Shown: piece by piece, positions 1-11,609 of the stretch
How positions within the stretch are numbered: position 1 is the stretch's first letter
Layout of the letters: every line of letters starts with the position of its first letter
Source: Candidatus Latescibacterota bacterium
GTDB lineage: Bacteria > Latescibacterota > UBA2968
Length of the DNA: 64,000 bases
Direction of reading: 5' to 3'
NCBI GenBank assembly: GCA_965204375.1
Contig: OZ241986.1
Coordinates: 64,001 to 128,000, forward strand
The notes under the pieces: model-generated
What the model was told of the DNA's origin: nothing
Seen by the model: only the letters and a program-made list of their open reading frames with translations
The model's database searches: none
Translations under genes and position numbers: made by a program

Positions 1-1402
1 CGCGGCGCACATCGCCTGCGACAAAGAGGCCGGGGATTCTGGTGGTGAACTCGCCTTCGACAGCTTTGGCATTGGAGCGTTCGTCGCGTTCGAGTTCGAG
101 TTCGTCGAGAATGGTATCTTCGGGACCGAGCCAGCCCATGGATAGGAAAACGAGATCGGCAGGCCATTCTCTTTCCGTGCCGGGCACTTCGCGGAATGGC
201 GCGCCATTTTCTGCGGGTACCCATTCCACTTGCATAGTTTTCAATGCTTTGAGTGTGCCGTTTTCATCACCGATAAATTCCGTGGTGCTGATGAGATATT
301 CGCGTGGGTCTCTGCCAAAAATGGCGGCGGCTTCCTCTTGTCCATAGTCCGTTTTAAAAATGAGCGGCATTTGAGGCCAGGGGTTGCTGTCGGTGCGCGT
401 TTTGGGCGGTTCGGGAATAATATCGAATTGGTGCAGGCTTTTGCAGCCGTGGCGCATCGCCGTGCCCACGCAGTCGGTTCCCGTATCCCCGCCGCCGAGC
501 ACGATCACGTGTTTGTCTTTGGCGTTTATATAATTGCCGTCTTCAAGATTGGAGTCGAGCAGGCTTTTGGTGTTTTTGTGCAAATACTCAATGGCCTGAT
601 GTATGCCGTTGAGTTCGCGGCCTTTGATGGGCAGGTCGCGGGGTTTGAGTGCGCCAATGCAGAGCACGACCGCGTCGTATTCATTGAGGAGATCTTTTGC
701 GGGCAGATCTGTGCCAATTTCGGTATTGGTGATAAACTCGATGCCCGATTCGATCATGAGGTCAATGCGGCGTTGGACAACTTCTTTTTTGTCGAGCTTC
801 ATGTTGGGGATACCGTACATGAGCAATCCCCCAATGCGGTCAGAGCGCTCGTACACGGTGACTTTGTGCCCGGCTTTGTTGAGTTGTGCGGCGCAAGAGA
901 GGCCTGCGGGACCTGAACCCACGACAGCCACGCGCTTGCCCGTGCGCTTGTCGGGTATATCGGGCGTGACCCAGCCTTCTTCCCAGCCTTTGTCGATGAT
1001 GGAGACTTCGATATTTTTGATGGTGACGGCAGGTTCTGTCATGCCCAGCACGCAGGACCCCTCGCAGGGGGCTGGACATACGCGACCTGTGAATTCGGGA
1101 AAGTTGTTGGTTTTGTGCAAGCGCTCGAGTGCTTCTTTCCATAGACCGCGATACACGAGATCATTCCACTCGGGAATGAGGTTGTTGATGGGACATCCAG
1201 AGGGAAAGGGCGTAGATTCGGGCAGGCGCACACCGGTATGGCAAAAGGGTATGCCGCAGTCCATACACCGCGCACCTTGCTCTTGAAGTTTTTCATCGGG
1301 GTGATGATGGTGAAATTCTTTCCAGTCTGCGATGCGCTGTGCGGGGTCTCTATCGGCCGGAAGTTCTCGCTGAAATTCCATGAATCCGGTCGGTTTTCCC
1401 AT
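1..1402 (-). CDS. gltD: Glutamate synthase small subunit (3' end runs off window)
   Basis: Manual translation from ATG at 1402: [15 protein letters not shown]...[14 protein letters not shown]...VGSGPAG. Lies directly downstream of gltB. Absent from the ORF track because it is truncated. Confidence 0.95.
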   Translation of the reverse strand, partial: MGKPTGFMEFQRELPADRDPAQRIADWKEFHHHHPDEKLQEQGARCMDCGIPFCHTGVRLPESTPFPSGCPINNLIPEWNDLVYRGLWKEALERLHKTNNFPEFTGRVCPAPCEGSCVLGMTEPAVTIKNIEVSIIDKGWEEGWVTPDIPDKRTGKRVAVVGSGPAGLSCAAQLNKAGHKVTVYERSDRIGGLLMYGIPNMKLDKKEVVQRRIDLMIESGIEFITNTEIGTDLPAKDLLNEYDAVVLCIGALKPRDLPIKGRELNGIHQAIEYLHKNTKSLLDSNLEDGNYINAKDKHVIVLGGGDTGTDCVGTAMRHGCKSLHQFDIIPEPPKTRTDSNPWPQMPLIFKTDYGQEEAAAIFGRDPREYLISTTEFIGDENGTLKALKTMQVEWVPAENGAPFREVPGTEREWPADLVFLSMGWLGPEDTILDELELERDERSNAKAVEGEFTTRIPGLFVAGDVRR

Positions 1403-1416
1403 AAGTGCTCCTTTTC

Positions 1417-4400
1417 TCAAGCTTCAACTTCTACGCCGCGGCGGAATGCTTCAAGCCATGCATCTTCGCCTTTCAAACCCTCTTGTTGCGCGGTTTCATA
1501 AGCAGAGAGAATGCGCTTGTAGGGCTTGGGGAAGACTTTGACAAATTTGGGCAACATGTCATCCCAATGGACGAGGATGTGTTGCGCCACGCTGCTCTCG
1601 GTGTAGTCGGCGTGTTTGGTAATCATGCTTTTGAGTTCTTCAATGTCTTCGTCGTTTTGGACGGGTTCGAGATCGACGAGTTCGGGGTTGCAGCGTATGT
1701 GGAAGTCACCGTCTTCGTTGAGCACATAAGCAATACCACCGGACATGCCAGCAGCAAAGTTGCGCCCGGTTTTGCCCAAAATGACGGCCATTCCACCCGT
1801 CATATACTCGCAACCGTGATCGCCTACGCCTTCGACGACTGCGCTAACGCCCGAGTTTCTCACGCAGAAGCGTTCGCCTGCCTGACCGCGGATGAAGGCT
1901 TGCCCATTGGTTGCACCGTAGAAGGATACGTTGCCGATGATGATGTTGTCTTCGGCTTTGAAGGTGGATCCCTTGCGCGGATAGACAATCAGTTTGCTGC
2001 CGCACAGTCCCTTGCCAAAGTAGTCGTTGGCGTCGCCTTCGAGGCGGAAGGTGATACCCGGCGGCGTAAAGGCTGCAAAAGATTGTCCGGCCGATCCCTC
2101 AAAGGTGATGTCAATGGTGTCTTCGGGCAGGCCATCGGGTCCGAACCTGCGGGTGATTTCACTGCCGAGGATGGTACCGACCACGCGGTTGGTATTTTTG
2201 ATGTCGAATTTCGCGCGGACTTTGCTGCCATCTTTGAGAGCGGGTTCGCAAAGTTCGAGCAGGATCTGGTTGTCCACCGCGTTTTCGAGGCCGTGATCCT
2301 GTTCGATCTGACAATAACGACCAATTTCGGGATCGGCGTCTGGTTTTTCGAGAATGGGAGACAGGTCCAGATATTTCGCTTTCCAGTGATCGGTTTTTGC
2401 CTGGTGGAGCAGGTCGGTACGACCGATGAGTTCATCGATGGTGCGCACGCCGAGTTGTGCCATTATTTCGCGCATATCCTGTGCGATAAAACGCAAGAAG
2501 TTGACGACCTGGTCGGGGTCACCCATGAACTTTTTGCGCAGTTCGGGATGCTGTGTGGCCACACCCACAGGACAGGTGTCGAGGTGGCAAACGCGCATCA
2601 TGATGCAGCCCATGGCGACGAGTGCTGTGGTGGCAAATCCAAATTCTTCGGCGCCGAGCAGGGCTGCAATAATCACATCGCGCCCGGTTTTGAGTTGTCC
2701 GTCGGTCTCGACTACGATGCGCGATCTCAGATTGTTGAGCACCAGGGTCTGGTGGGTTTCGGCAACGCCGAATTCCCAGGGCAGGCCAGCGTGTTTGATG
2801 CTGGTTTGCGGCGATGCGCCAGTACCGCCGTCGAGGCCAGAGATGAGTACCACATCGCCGTGGCCTTTGGATACGCCCGCTGCGACGATGCCGACATTGA
2901 TTTCTGCGACGAGTTTGACGTTAATCCTGGCATGGTGGTTGGCGTTTTTGAGGTCGTGAATGAGTTGCGCCAGATCTTCGATGGAGTAAATATCGTGATG
3001 TGGCGGCGGTGAGATGAGTTCTACACCCGGTGTGGAGTGCCGAACCGTGGCAATCCACGGATACACTTTATTACCGGGCAATTCGCCGCCTTCACCAGGC
3101 TTGGCACCCTGCGCCATTTTGATCTGCAATTCTTTGGCATTGACCAGATAATTGCTGGTGACGCCAAAGCGTCCAGAAGCCACTTGTTTGATGGCGCTGT
3201 TTTTGGAATCACCATTGGGTTCGAGGGTATAACGCGCCGGGTCTTCGCCACCTTCGCCGGTGTTGCTTTTTCCTCCCAGACGATTCATCGCAATGGCGAG
3301 TGCTTCGTGCGCTTCTTTAGATATCGATCCGTAGGACATGGCGCCGGACTTAAAGCGCCTGGTGATTGCTTCGACGGGTTCAACTTCGTCGATGGATATG
3401 GGTTCGCTGGCATAGTTGAAGTCCAGGAGACCGCGCAGGGTTGCCAGATTTTTGGCCTGTTGGTCGATGAGGACGGCATATTCTTTGTACACGTCGTAAT
3501 CGTTGATGCGCGTGGCATGCTGGAGCTTGTGAATGGTAAGGGGATTAAAGAGGTGGTATTCCCCGCCTTGTCGCCACTGAAAATGCCCGCCGACGTCGAG
3601 GGTGCTGCCATTGACCGAAATTTCGGGATACGCATCGCGATGCCGCATCAGGGCTTCTCGAGCAATGACATCGAGGCCAATGCCGTCTATGCGGGAATCC
3701 GTCCAGGTAAAGTATTGGTCAATGACGTCTTTTGAAATGCCAACTGCTTCAAAAATTTGAGCGCCTCGATAGGACTTGATGGTAGAGATGCCCATTTTTG
3801 CCATGACTTTGACTACGCCTTTGGTCGCAGATTTGACATATCCTTTGACCGCATCGCGGTAGGCGATACCGGTCAATTGCTTTTCGGCGATCATATCGGC
3901 GAGACTTTCATAAGCCATATAGGGATTGATCGCCTGAGCGCCGTAGCCGATGAGCAAGCAGAAGTGATGCACTTCACGGGGTTCACCTGTTTCGAGGGCA
4001 ATCCCGACTTTGGTGCGCATACCTTCTCGGATGAGGTGGTGGTGGAGACCGCTCATGGCCAGGAGCGCTGGAATGGGGGCGTGGTCTTTGTCGATACCGC
4101 GGTCTGAAAGAATGAGAATGGTATAACCGTCTTCAATGGCTTTGTCGGCTTCTGCACACAGTTTGTGCATGGCTTTTTCGAGGCCGGCTTCTCTATCGGC
4201 CACGTCAAAGAGCATGGAAATGGTGGTGGCTTTGAGACCCGGGCGGTCAACGCCGCGCAATTGCTCGAGCTCTTCATTGGTCAAAACGGGCGTGTCGAGA
4301 TGGATTTGTCTGCAACTTTCGGGTTCGGGAATAAGTAGATTGCGCTCTGGACCAATGGTGGCGTCAGCCGAGGTGATGACCTCTTCTTTAAGGGGATCGA

Positions 4401-5985
4401 GAGGCGGATTGGTCACCTGGGCAAAGAGCTGTTTGAAGTAGTTGTAGAGCAGGTGTGGTTTGTTGGACAATACCGCCAATGGCGCGTCGTTGCCCATTGA
4501 TCCGACGGGATCGCGTCCGATTTTGGACATGGGGCCAACAAAAATTTTAAGGTCTTCGAACGTGTACCCAAAAGCCTGTTGCCGCATGAGTATTTCAGCG
4601 TGATTTGTGGGGGGTGCAATGGGCGCGACTGCGGGCAGGTTGTTGAGTGAAATGAGATGGTCGTCGAGCCATTGCTGATAGGGGTGCTCGGAGACCATTG
4701 ACTGCTTGACTTCGTCGTCGGAAATGATGCGACCCTTTTTGGTATCGACGAGAAGAATTCGACCGGGTTGCAATCGGCCTTTGTAAGCGATGCGCTCGGG
4801 TTCCAATTCGCAGACACCCGCTTCGGAACTGAGGATGAGCAGGTCGTCTTTGGTGACGTAATAACGCGAAGGACGCAAGCCATTGCGGTCGAGGCAGGCG
4901 CCCACGATTTCGCCATCGGTAAAGCCGATAGAAGCGGGACCATCCCAGGGTTCCATGAGACAGGAATGGTATTCGTAGAAGGCGCGCCTTTCGGGGATCA
5001 TGCTTTCGTGGTTTTCCCAGGGTTCGGGAATCATCATGACGGCTGCGTGCGCCATTGAGCGGCCAGATAGAGACAGAAATTCAAAGCAGTTGTCGAAAAT
5101 TGCGGAATCTGACCCGTCTTCGTAGAGGATGGGGAATATTTTTCGTATGTCGTCACCCCAAAGTTCTGAAGCCAGCATGGCCTGTCGGGTTTTCATCCAG
5201 TTTTGATTTCCGCGCAGGGTATTGATTTCGCCGTTGTGAATGAGGTAGCGATAGGGGTGCGACCGTTCCCAGGAGGGAAAGGTGTTGGTGGAAAAACGGG
5301 AATGCACGAGGACAATCGCGGCTTCCATGCGGTGATCTTGCAGCTCGGGATAAAATTCGGGCACCTGCATAGGCGTGAGCATGCCTTTGTACACTATGGT
5401 GCGCGACGACAAGCTGGGGATGTAAAAATTTTTGTCGTGTTCGGTATAGCGGATCGTGTTGGTGGCGCGCTTGCGAATGACGTAGAGTTTGCGTTCAAAT
5501 GCCGCCGGGTCGGACAAGTCGCTACCAATGAAAATTTGCCACACAACGGGTTCACAGGATCTGGAGGTGAGGCCCAGATAGAAGTTGTCTGTGGGAACTT
5601 TGCGCCAGCCGAGGACTTCCTGCCCTTCTTCCTGGACGATATTCTCAATGATTTGACGCGTTTTTTGGCGGATGGATCGGTCTTCATCATCGGTCATAAA
5701 AACCATGCCGATACCATAGTGACCGGGGTCTGGCAGATCGATGTCGATCCCCTTGCAGGCGTGTTTGAAGAAACGATGTGGAATTTGCATCAAAATACCA
5801 GCGCCATCGCCCGTGTTGTCTTCGGCACCGCGCGCGCCCCGGTGGTCGAGACAGACGAGGGATTCGAGAGCCATTTTGACGATCTGGTTGGATTTTTCGC
5901 CTTTGATATTCACGACAAAACCAATGCCACAGGCGTCGCGTTCGTATTTGGGGTTATAGAGTCCGTGCTTGCGAGGATATGCCAT
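1417..5985 (-). CDS. gltB: Glutamate synthase large subunit
   Basis: 1522 aa; ERDACGIGF amidotransferase start, [36 protein letters not shown] 3Fe-4S motif, C-terminal GXGXG domain. Confidence 0.98.
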   Translation of the reverse strand: MAYPRKHGLYNPKYERDACGIGFVVNIKGEKSNQIVKMALESLVCLDHRGARGAEDNTGDGAGILMQIPHRFFKHACKGIDIDLPDPGHYGIGMVFMTDDEDRSIRQKTRQIIENIVQEEGQEVLGWRKVPTDNFYLGLTSRSCEPVVWQIFIGSDLSDPAAFERKLYVIRKRATNTIRYTEHDKNFYIPSLSSRTIVYKGMLTPMQVPEFYPELQDHRMEAAIVLVHSRFSTNTFPSWERSHPYRYLIHNGEINTLRGNQNWMKTRQAMLASELWGDDIRKIFPILYEDGSDSAIFDNCFEFLSLSGRSMAHAAVMMIPEPWENHESMIPERRAFYEYHSCLMEPWDGPASIGFTDGEIVGACLDRNGLRPSRYYVTKDDLLILSSEAGVCELEPERIAYKGRLQPGRILLVDTKKGRIISDDEVKQSMVSEHPYQQWLDDHLISLNNLPAVAPIAPPTNHAEILMRQQAFGYTFEDLKIFVGPMSKIGRDPVGSMGNDAPLAVLSNKPHLLYNYFKQLFAQVTNPPLDPLKEEVITSADATIGPERNLLIPEPESCRQIHLDTPVLTNEELEQLRGVDRPGLKATTISMLFDVADREAGLEKAMHKLCAEADKAIEDGYTILILSDRGIDKDHAPIPALLAMSGLHHHLIREGMRTKVGIALETGEPREVHHFCLLIGYGAQAINPYMAYESLADMIAEKQLTGIAYRDAVKGYVKSATKGVVKVMAKMGISTIKSYRGAQIFEAVGISKDVIDQYFTWTDSRIDGIGLDVIAREALMRHRDAYPEISVNGSTLDVGGHFQWRQGGEYHLFNPLTIHKLQHATRINDYDVYKEYAVLIDQQAKNLATLRGLLDFNYASEPISIDEVEPVEAITRRFKSGAMSYGSISKEAHEALAIAMNRLGGKSNTGEGGEDPARYTLEPNGDSKNSAIKQVASGRFGVTSNYLVNAKELQIKMAQGAKPGEGGELPGNKVYPWIATVRHSTPGVELISPPPHHDIYSIEDLAQLIHDLKNANHHARINVKLVAEINVGIVAAGVSKGHGDVVLISGLDGGTGASPQTSIKHAGLPWEFGVAETHQTLVLNNLRSRIVVETDGQLKTGRDVIIAALLGAEEFGFATTALVAMGCIMMRVCHLDTCPVGVATQHPELRKKFMGDPDQVVNFLRFIAQDMREIMAQLGVRTIDELIGRTDLLHQAKTDHWKAKYLDLSPILEKPDADPEIGRYCQIEQDHGLENAVDNQILLELCEPALKDGSKVRAKFDIKNTNRVVGTILGSEITRRFGPDGLPEDTIDITFEGSAGQSFAAFTPPGITFRLEGDANDYFGKGLCGSKLIVYPRKGSTFKAEDNIIIGNVSFYGATNGQAFIRGQAGERFCVRNSGVSAVVEGVGDHGCEYMTGGMAVILGKTGRNFAAGMSGGIAYVLNEDGDFHIRCNPELVDLEPVQNDEDIEELKSMITKHADYTESSVAQHILVHWDDMLPKFVKVFPKPYKRILSAYETAQQEGLKGEDAWLEAFRRGVEVEA

Positions 5986-6071
5986 AAAAAATGTTCCTTA
6001 ATCACATGGCGCGAAAATGCCAGAACCGCGATCCGGCCCTGGCATTTGAAAACCGGTTATTTTGTTAGATG

Positions 6072-6335
6072 CTATTCAAAGGCGACTGCATTGATTTCGA
6101 TGTAATCCAACCATTCGTCTGGCGTGTCTTCTTCGGCGAAGATCGCTTCAACCGGGCATTCGGGTTCACAGGCTCCACAGTCGATGCATTCTTCGGGGTG
6201 AATATAGAGCATGTTGAGACGTTCATCTTCAGGCAAATCGGTTGCGTCGGGTTCGTAGATGCAGTCCACCGGACAAACTTCTACACAGGCCTTGTCCATA
6301 ACATCAATGCATGGCTCGGCGATAATATAGGCCAT
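6072..6335 (-). CDS. Ferredoxin (FdxA-like, 7Fe/8Fe)
   Basis: MAYIIAEPC...[10 protein letters not shown]...[12 protein letters not shown]; acidic. Confidence 0.93.
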   Translation of the reverse strand: MAYIIAEPCIDVMDKACVEVCPVDCIYEPDATDLPEDERLNMLYIHPEECIDCGACEPECPVEAIFAEEDTPDEWLDYIEINAVAFE

Positions 6336-6390
6336 TTTATTTTTCCTTTCCTTTGCTATTGTTCCAACTCATCCGGCGTTGGCTTTGCCA

Positions 6391-6418
6391 AATATACTTA
6401 TTTGGTTGGCTTTGTCAA
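6391..6418 (-). promoter_or_regulatory. Sigma70-like promoter for ferredoxin/gltBD
   Basis: TTGACA-16nt-TATATT on the minus strand. Confidence 0.55.
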
Positions 6419-6472
6419 GTATTGTAAGTTAAAATTATGATTGCAGGTACTTAAAAGAAGATTTTTTTACTT

Positions 6473-7036
6473 TTAGGACAAATTTTCGAGGAGTTTTGCA
6501 ACGGACCAATCGCCCTCTGTGCGAATGTCCAGGGTGAATCGTTGCCTGGCATCTTTCCTGCGTTCGGCAATTACCGTTGACCCATCGTAAAGCTGGTGTA
6601 AAAACGCCTGAAGGTCGTCATTTATGGCGTTGTGCGTGTTTTCGGTATTGGGGGCATTGAGGCGGTCGTTGAGGATGAGTCTGAGTTCATTTCCTCGAAA
6701 AGCGACCGCTTCTTCTGCTTCAAGACGCTGGCAGATTGCGCAGGCTGCGCGAACCGCTGAGGACAATTGCTGTGCAAAATTACCTCCGTTGGGTTGCTTG
6801 CGGTTGTAGAGCAGGCCGCGTTTTGCGTCCGTGTCGTCAATGCTGATGTCGTATTCGTGACCGATGAGCAGGGTCACGGGACCATTGGGTACGTGACTGT
6901 AATCGGCTGCATCGAGTAGCACATCGGCCCCATTGTGTGCTGAAATCCAGTTGTTGAAGGTTTTGAACCAGGTCTCAGGCGCGATATTGTGCCCCTGATC
7001 GAGATAAAATTTGACACTGATTTTATGGGTTGGCAT
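6473..7036 (-). CDS. Hypothetical protein co-transcribed with the nitrite/sulfite reductase
   Basis: 187 aa ORF starting 9 nt after the reductase stop; globular-looking composition. Confidence 0.8.
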   Translation of the reverse strand: MPTHKISVKFYLDQGHNIAPETWFKTFNNWISAHNGADVLLDAADYSHVPNGPVTLLIGHEYDISIDDTDAKRGLLYNRKQPNGGNFAQQLSSAVRAACAICQRLEAEEAVAFRGNELRLILNDRLNAPNTENTHNAINDDLQAFLHQLYDGSTVIAERRKDARQRFTLDIRTEGDWSVAKLLENLS

Positions 7037-7045
7037 AATTACCTT

Positions 7046-9274
7046 TCACACCACATTCATTTGACCATAACAGGCATAGGCTTCTTCGATGAAGAGTTGG
7101 GCTTCTTCGACGGCCTGGTGGGCAATGTCCCGGGTGTATTCGGCGACTTCCTCTTCGTGAACGCGGAAGAGATAATTGGCAAATTTTGCGCCGGCAAACT
7201 GGTTGTAGAACAACTCGGTATCGCAAAAGCGCGTGCGAAATTCTTCGACGATGACATCGGCATCTTCGGGTACGTCGAGAAACTGCGTTTTGACCAGTGC
7301 TTTGGCGGCGTGCAACATGGCGCTGAAAGCCGTTTTGTACGCGGCTTCGTAGTCGCCTTCCTCCAGGTAAATCTGTGATTCAAAGGATTCGGTTTCGCAG
7401 CCGGACAGTTCAAATTGCACCAGTGAAACCACTTCGCCAGCGCATTCGCCTTTGCCCATATCGCCGATGGTAAATTCGCGCGTATCGCCCCAGTCCGTAT
7501 AGTAGGAGGGGTCTATTTCGTGCATGGGAACCTGCGTGAGGCCCTGAAGCAGATCTTTGACGTCTTTTTTTCCGATGCGCTGAATATAGGCCTGGAAGTT
7601 TTCGTCTTTTTCGCGGTTTTCAACATAATTGCCGGTGATGCGTTCGATGACGGCTGGAATATTTTTTGAGGGGATAGCACCCATGGCCAGGCCATAAGAT
7701 CCCGCATTCTCAGTCCATTGTCCGCCGAGTACGACCTGGAAGTGCGGCACGGTATAGCCATTGATTTTTCGGCTGTTGCCGTAAAAACCGAGATCGGCTA
7801 CGTGGTGTTGCCCACAGGAGTTAAAACATCCGCTGATTTTGATGCGGAAGTTTTTGATGGCGTCGTCGAGTTGGAGATTCTGTTGCGCCAATTGCGTTCG
7901 CAATTCCGCAGCGAGACCGCGCGATGAGGAGATGCCCAATTTGCAGGTGTCGGTGCCCGGGCAGGCGGTGACATCGACGATGGTGCCGGCTCCGGGTTCG
8001 GCTAATTCCAGTTCACAGAGGTCATTGTAGAGTGAAACGACATCGGATTCGCTGACCCATCGAAGGATGATGTTTTGTTCAACGGTGGCGCGAATGGTGT
8101 CTTTGACGTATTTGCGCGCAATATCGGCGAGGTTTCGCATCTGATCGGATGTGATATCCCCAAGAGGCAGACATATTGTTGCGACCACATAACCTTCTTG
8201 CCGTTGTTTGTAGATGTTGGTCTCTGCCCAGGCGTCAAATTCTTTGGGACGCGCAACCCCATTGAGGGGAGCAGCGATTTTGAGGGGTTCTTCCCCGTAG
8301 CTATCCAGGTCTTCGAGATAGGCTGTCCAGGCGGGATCTTCGGGCATGATTTTGCGTTCTTCTTCGACCAGGCGAATAAATTCTTCGATGCCGAGCTTGG
8401 CGACGAGGAATTTGATGCGGGCGCGGGCGCGGTTTGTTTTTTCGCCCAGGCGGGCAAAAACACGGCATATTGCCTGCGCTGTGGGCAAGAGTTCTTCGGG
8501 AGGCAGAAATTCCGAATAGAGTTTGGCCTGATGGGGCACGGCTCCCAAACCGCCGCCGACGTAGGTTTCAAACCCGCGTTTGCCGTCTTTGATGCGCGCG
8601 ATCATGCCCATGTCGTGCATACTGGTCAAACCGCATGCTTCCTGGGCGCATCCGGAAAAGGCGATTTTGAATTTGCGACCAAAGTCTTGGCAGTCGGGAT
8701 GTCCGAGGAGGAAGTTGGCGAGGGCATGAGAATACGGCGTGACATCGAATGTTTCGGTGTGACACACGCCGGAAAGCGGACAGGCCGTGACATTGCGGAT
8801 GGAGTTTCCGCAGGCTTCTCGGGTGGTGATGCCCACGGCGGCGAGACGGCGCATGAGGTCGGGTGTGTCTTCGATGTGTACGTAGTGAATTTGAATATCC
8901 TGGCGCGTGGTGATGTGCAAAATGCCGTCGGAATATTCTTCGGCTACGTCGGCCAACACATCCATTTGATCGGTGGTCAGGCCGCCATAAGGGATTTTGA
9001 TGCGCTGCATACCCGGTGCATCCCAGACCGTGTCTGGTCCTTTGAGGAGGTCGCCGCTGGGATAGTGAAGTGGTTTGGTTACCTGGCCGTCAAAGCGTTG
9101 TCCATTGTCGTAGCGCTGGCCGTAAACACCGCGGCGAAGACGGGTTTCTGCAAAGACGCGGTCGTCAATTTGGCCCTGTTTTTTTTGTTCGATCTGCGCT
9201 TCAAATGTATCGATTTCAGCACCTATATCTTCCGGGATCAGATCGCGCAATTCTTCTTTCCAATTTGTGGCCAT
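7046..9274 (-). CDS. Siroheme/4Fe-4S nitrite/sulfite reductase with a C-terminal helical (HEPN-like) extension
   Basis: HITTRQDIQ, EACGNSIRNV, CPGTDTC and SGCFNSCG siroheme-cluster motifs. Confidence 0.92.
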   Translation of the reverse strand: MATNWKEELRDLIPEDIGAEIDTFEAQIEQKKQGQIDDRVFAETRLRRGVYGQRYDNGQRFDGQVTKPLHYPSGDLLKGPDTVWDAPGMQRIKIPYGGLTTDQMDVLADVAEEYSDGILHITTRQDIQIHYVHIEDTPDLMRRLAAVGITTREACGNSIRNVTACPLSGVCHTETFDVTPYSHALANFLLGHPDCQDFGRKFKIAFSGCAQEACGLTSMHDMGMIARIKDGKRGFETYVGGGLGAVPHQAKLYSEFLPPEELLPTAQAICRVFARLGEKTNRARARIKFLVAKLGIEEFIRLVEEERKIMPEDPAWTAYLEDLDSYGEEPLKIAAPLNGVARPKEFDAWAETNIYKQRQEGYVVATICLPLGDITSDQMRNLADIARKYVKDTIRATVEQNIILRWVSESDVVSLYNDLCELELAEPGAGTIVDVTACPGTDTCKLGISSSRGLAAELRTQLAQQNLQLDDAIKNFRIKISGCFNSCGQHHVADLGFYGNSRKINGYTVPHFQVVLGGQWTENAGSYGLAMGAIPSKNIPAVIERITGNYVENREKDENFQAYIQRIGKKDVKDLLQGLTQVPMHEIDPSYYTDWGDTREFTIGDMGKGECAGEVVSLVQFELSGCETESFESQIYLEEGDYEAAYKTAFSAMLHAAKALVKTQFLDVPEDADVIVEEFRTRFCDTELFYNQFAGAKFANYLFRVHEEEVAEYTRDIAHQAVEEAQLFIEEAYACYGQMNVV

Positions 9275-9331
9275 GATATATCACCTGTAGTTAGGAGATT
9301 TTTGGTTGAGCATGATCAAAAATGAATTTGA

Positions 9332-9359
9332 AACTTAGTGTATTATGGGGATTTGTCAA
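9332..9359 (-). promoter_or_regulatory. Sigma70-like promoter for the reductase operon
   Basis: TTGACA-16nt-TAAGTT on the minus strand. Confidence 0.45.
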
Positions 9360-9368
9360 GGGTAAAAG

Positions 9369-9438
9369 AAGAGAAGTGAGAAGTAAGAGGTGAGAAGTGA
9401 GAAGACCACTCAACACCACCCCAGGGCGGATGCGACTT
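9369..9438. repeat. Heptamer (GTGAGAA-like) tandem array plus CACCCCAGGGC core; dispersed element copy 1
   Basis: 9390-9438 matches 42005-42053 at 40 of 49 positions (manual alignment). Confidence 0.75.
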
Positions 9439-9455
9439 CCTCCTTCACACTTCCT

Positions 9456-10466
9456 TCATCCCCCGATTTGATACATTTCGATTTTGTGCGTTGCCGGGGT
9501 GTGATCCGTGCGGATTTCGGAGTAGCGGTCCGTGCGGCGACGCCAGGTCCAGGTGATCTTGTTGCGCAGATGAGCGCTGGACGCGCCTTGTCGCAGGGCA
9601 TCGCGCAAGTCTGTTCCCTCTGAGGCGAAGAGGCAGGTGTAGAGTTTGCCGTCGGTGGATAGGCGTGCGCGCGTACAGTCGCCACAAAAGGGTTGCGTGA
9701 CAGAGGCGATGATGCCGATTTCACCGCCGCCGTCGAGATACCGATAGCGTTTTGCGACTTCGCCTGTGTAGTTGGGGTCAAGGGGCTCGAGGGGTAAGAC
9801 GGTGTGAATGCGGTCGATAATTTCTGCGGCGGGCACGACCTGATCCATGTTCCAGTTGTTGCGATTGCCCACATCCATAAACTCGATGAATCGCAGGATG
9901 TGTCCCGTGTTGTGGAAGTGTTGGGCGAGGTCGATAACGAGGTGATCGTTGATGCCTTTTTGAACGACTGCGTTGATTTTTATGGCCTGAAAGCCCGCCT
10001 TTTCAGCAGCGCGGATGCCTTCGAGTACTCGCTCGGTGCCATGGGTGCGACCACTCATGAGATTAAAGGTCTGGTCGTCAATCGCATCGAGGCTCATGGT
10101 GAGGCGGCGCAGGCCGGCGTCTTTGAGGCTCTGCGCTTTGGTGCCGAGGAGATAGCCATTGGTGGTGAGGGTGAGGTCTTGTACGCCATTGATCTGCGAC
10201 AATTTGGCGATGAGGGTTTCGAGGTCTCGGCGCAGGAGAGGTTCTCCGCCGGTGATCCGAATTTTGGTGACGCCGAGATCGACAAAAATTCTGGCGAGGC
10301 GAGTGATTTCTTCAAAGGTGAGGATTTCTGCTTTGGGAAGAAATTCGTACTTTTCGCCAAAAATCTCGGCGGGCATGCAATAGGGGCAGCGGAAATTGCA
10401 TTTGTCGGTGACCGAAATACGCAGATCGCGGATGGGGCGTTGCAATGTGTCGAGAAGGTCGGACAT
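9456..10466 (-). CDS. moaA: GTP 3',8-cyclase
   Basis: LRISVTDKCNFRCPYC radical-SAM motif, FCGDCTRARL, C-terminal IGG. Confidence 0.97.
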   Translation of the reverse strand: MSDLLDTLQRPIRDLRISVTDKCNFRCPYCMPAEIFGEKYEFLPKAEILTFEEITRLARIFVDLGVTKIRITGGEPLLRRDLETLIAKLSQINGVQDLTLTTNGYLLGTKAQSLKDAGLRRLTMSLDAIDDQTFNLMSGRTHGTERVLEGIRAAEKAGFQAIKINAVVQKGINDHLVIDLAQHFHNTGHILRFIEFMDVGNRNNWNMDQVVPAAEIIDRIHTVLPLEPLDPNYTGEVAKRYRYLDGGGEIGIIASVTQPFCGDCTRARLSTDGKLYTCLFASEGTDLRDALRQGASSAHLRNKITWTWRRRTDRYSEIRTDHTPATHKIEMYQIGG

Positions 10467-10476
10467 TGTGATACCA

Positions 10477-11493
10477 TTAGAATTTTAAGATTGTCCATAC
10501 GGGCACGTGGTCCGAAGCAAAGTCGCCGCGTGTGGTATAGATGATTTCGTCACCGGAAAAGCGGATGCGCGAGCGGGTTCCCTTCACGGCTTCGGCGTGG
10601 GTGAAAACGCCCGATGATTGGACGTGATTTTTCAGGTTTTGGGATACGAGGATTTGGTCGAAAAGGATTGCTTTGACTTTGACGTCCCGGGCAAAATTGT
10701 GTGGTTTGTCCCGCCATTTGTTGTTTTCTGCGCGCGCACCCGGAACTATGGGCTCAAAGGTATTGCTTTCGATTTTGTCGTAGAGATCGTGGTATCCATA
10801 AGAACAATAGTCCCGATCTAACAAGGCTTCGGATGTGTTGTAGAGAAATGCATCGGATACCTGGTCGATTCCGGGAAACGCGTCGGGATTGCCGGATTCG
10901 AGGATGTTGAGCGAGCGGTCGTCGGGGTTGTCGTTGAAGTCGCCGAGCAATACAATATGGTCGTATTTCACACGGCTGGTGAGATAGCGCATGGTCATGG
11001 TCGCGCTGGCTTCTCGGCGCGCATTGGTTTTGGCGCGTCCGCCCGATCGCGATTTGGCGTGGTGAACCAGAACAATCAAGCGGCGGCCATATCCTTCGAT
11101 ATAAGCCTGGAGGAGATCGCGCTTTCGGGGAAATGCCTGGTCGTGTACTTTTTCAGGAAAGACCATTTTGAGGTCGGTAATTTCATAAGGCTCGCGCACT
11201 GCTATGGCGAGTTCCTGGAGTTCTTCGGGATCATCGAGCATGCCAATGGTATAGTTGTCGGGCAAAATGCGCTCGAGCGCGGATTTTGATTGGATTTCCT
11301 GAAAGCCGATGATGTCTGCATTGAGTTTGTTTATAACTGTTTGCAGGCGTTCCTGGCGTGCATTGGAAATGCCATCGTCGAGCCAATAGATGTTGTAAGT
11401 CGCAACCTTGATCTCGGCGGGCTGTGGGCCACACGCAAAAAATAGAAGCAGAATCAAGGGGGCGAGATATGTCCTCCTTACTCGTTTTTGCAT
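10477..11493 (-). CDS. Endonuclease/exonuclease/phosphatase family lipoprotein
   Basis: Start reassigned to ATG 11493 (GGAG RBS; lipobox FFAC); ATYNI, FQEI, GDFND and SDHVPV motifs. Confidence 0.88.
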   Translation of the reverse strand: MQKRVRRTYLAPLILLLFFACGPQPAEIKVATYNIYWLDDGISNARQERLQTVINKLNADIIGFQEIQSKSALERILPDNYTIGMLDDPEELQELAIAVREPYEITDLKMVFPEKVHDQAFPRKRDLLQAYIEGYGRRLIVLVHHAKSRSGGRAKTNARREASATMTMRYLTSRVKYDHIVLLGDFNDNPDDRSLNILESGNPDAFPGIDQVSDAFLYNTSEALLDRDYCSYGYHDLYDKIESNTFEPIVPGARAENNKWRDKPHNFARDVKVKAILFDQILVSQNLKNHVQSSGVFTHAEAVKGTRSRIRFSGDEIIYTTRGDFASDHVPVWTILKF

Positions 11494-11551
11494 GTAAATC
11501 TCCAGATAGGGTACGGGTAGGGCTATCTGCCCAATAATATACACGATTGCG

Positions 11552-11590
11552 AAAAAAATAAAAGGGCGACGGTATAAACCGCCGCCCTTT
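11552..11590 (-). terminator. Intrinsic terminator after smc
   Basis: AAAGGGCGACGGT/ACCGCCGCCCTTT hairpin followed by a T-run on the minus strand. Confidence 0.8.
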
Positions 11591-11609
11591 GTGTTGCCCG
11601 AGGTTGGGA

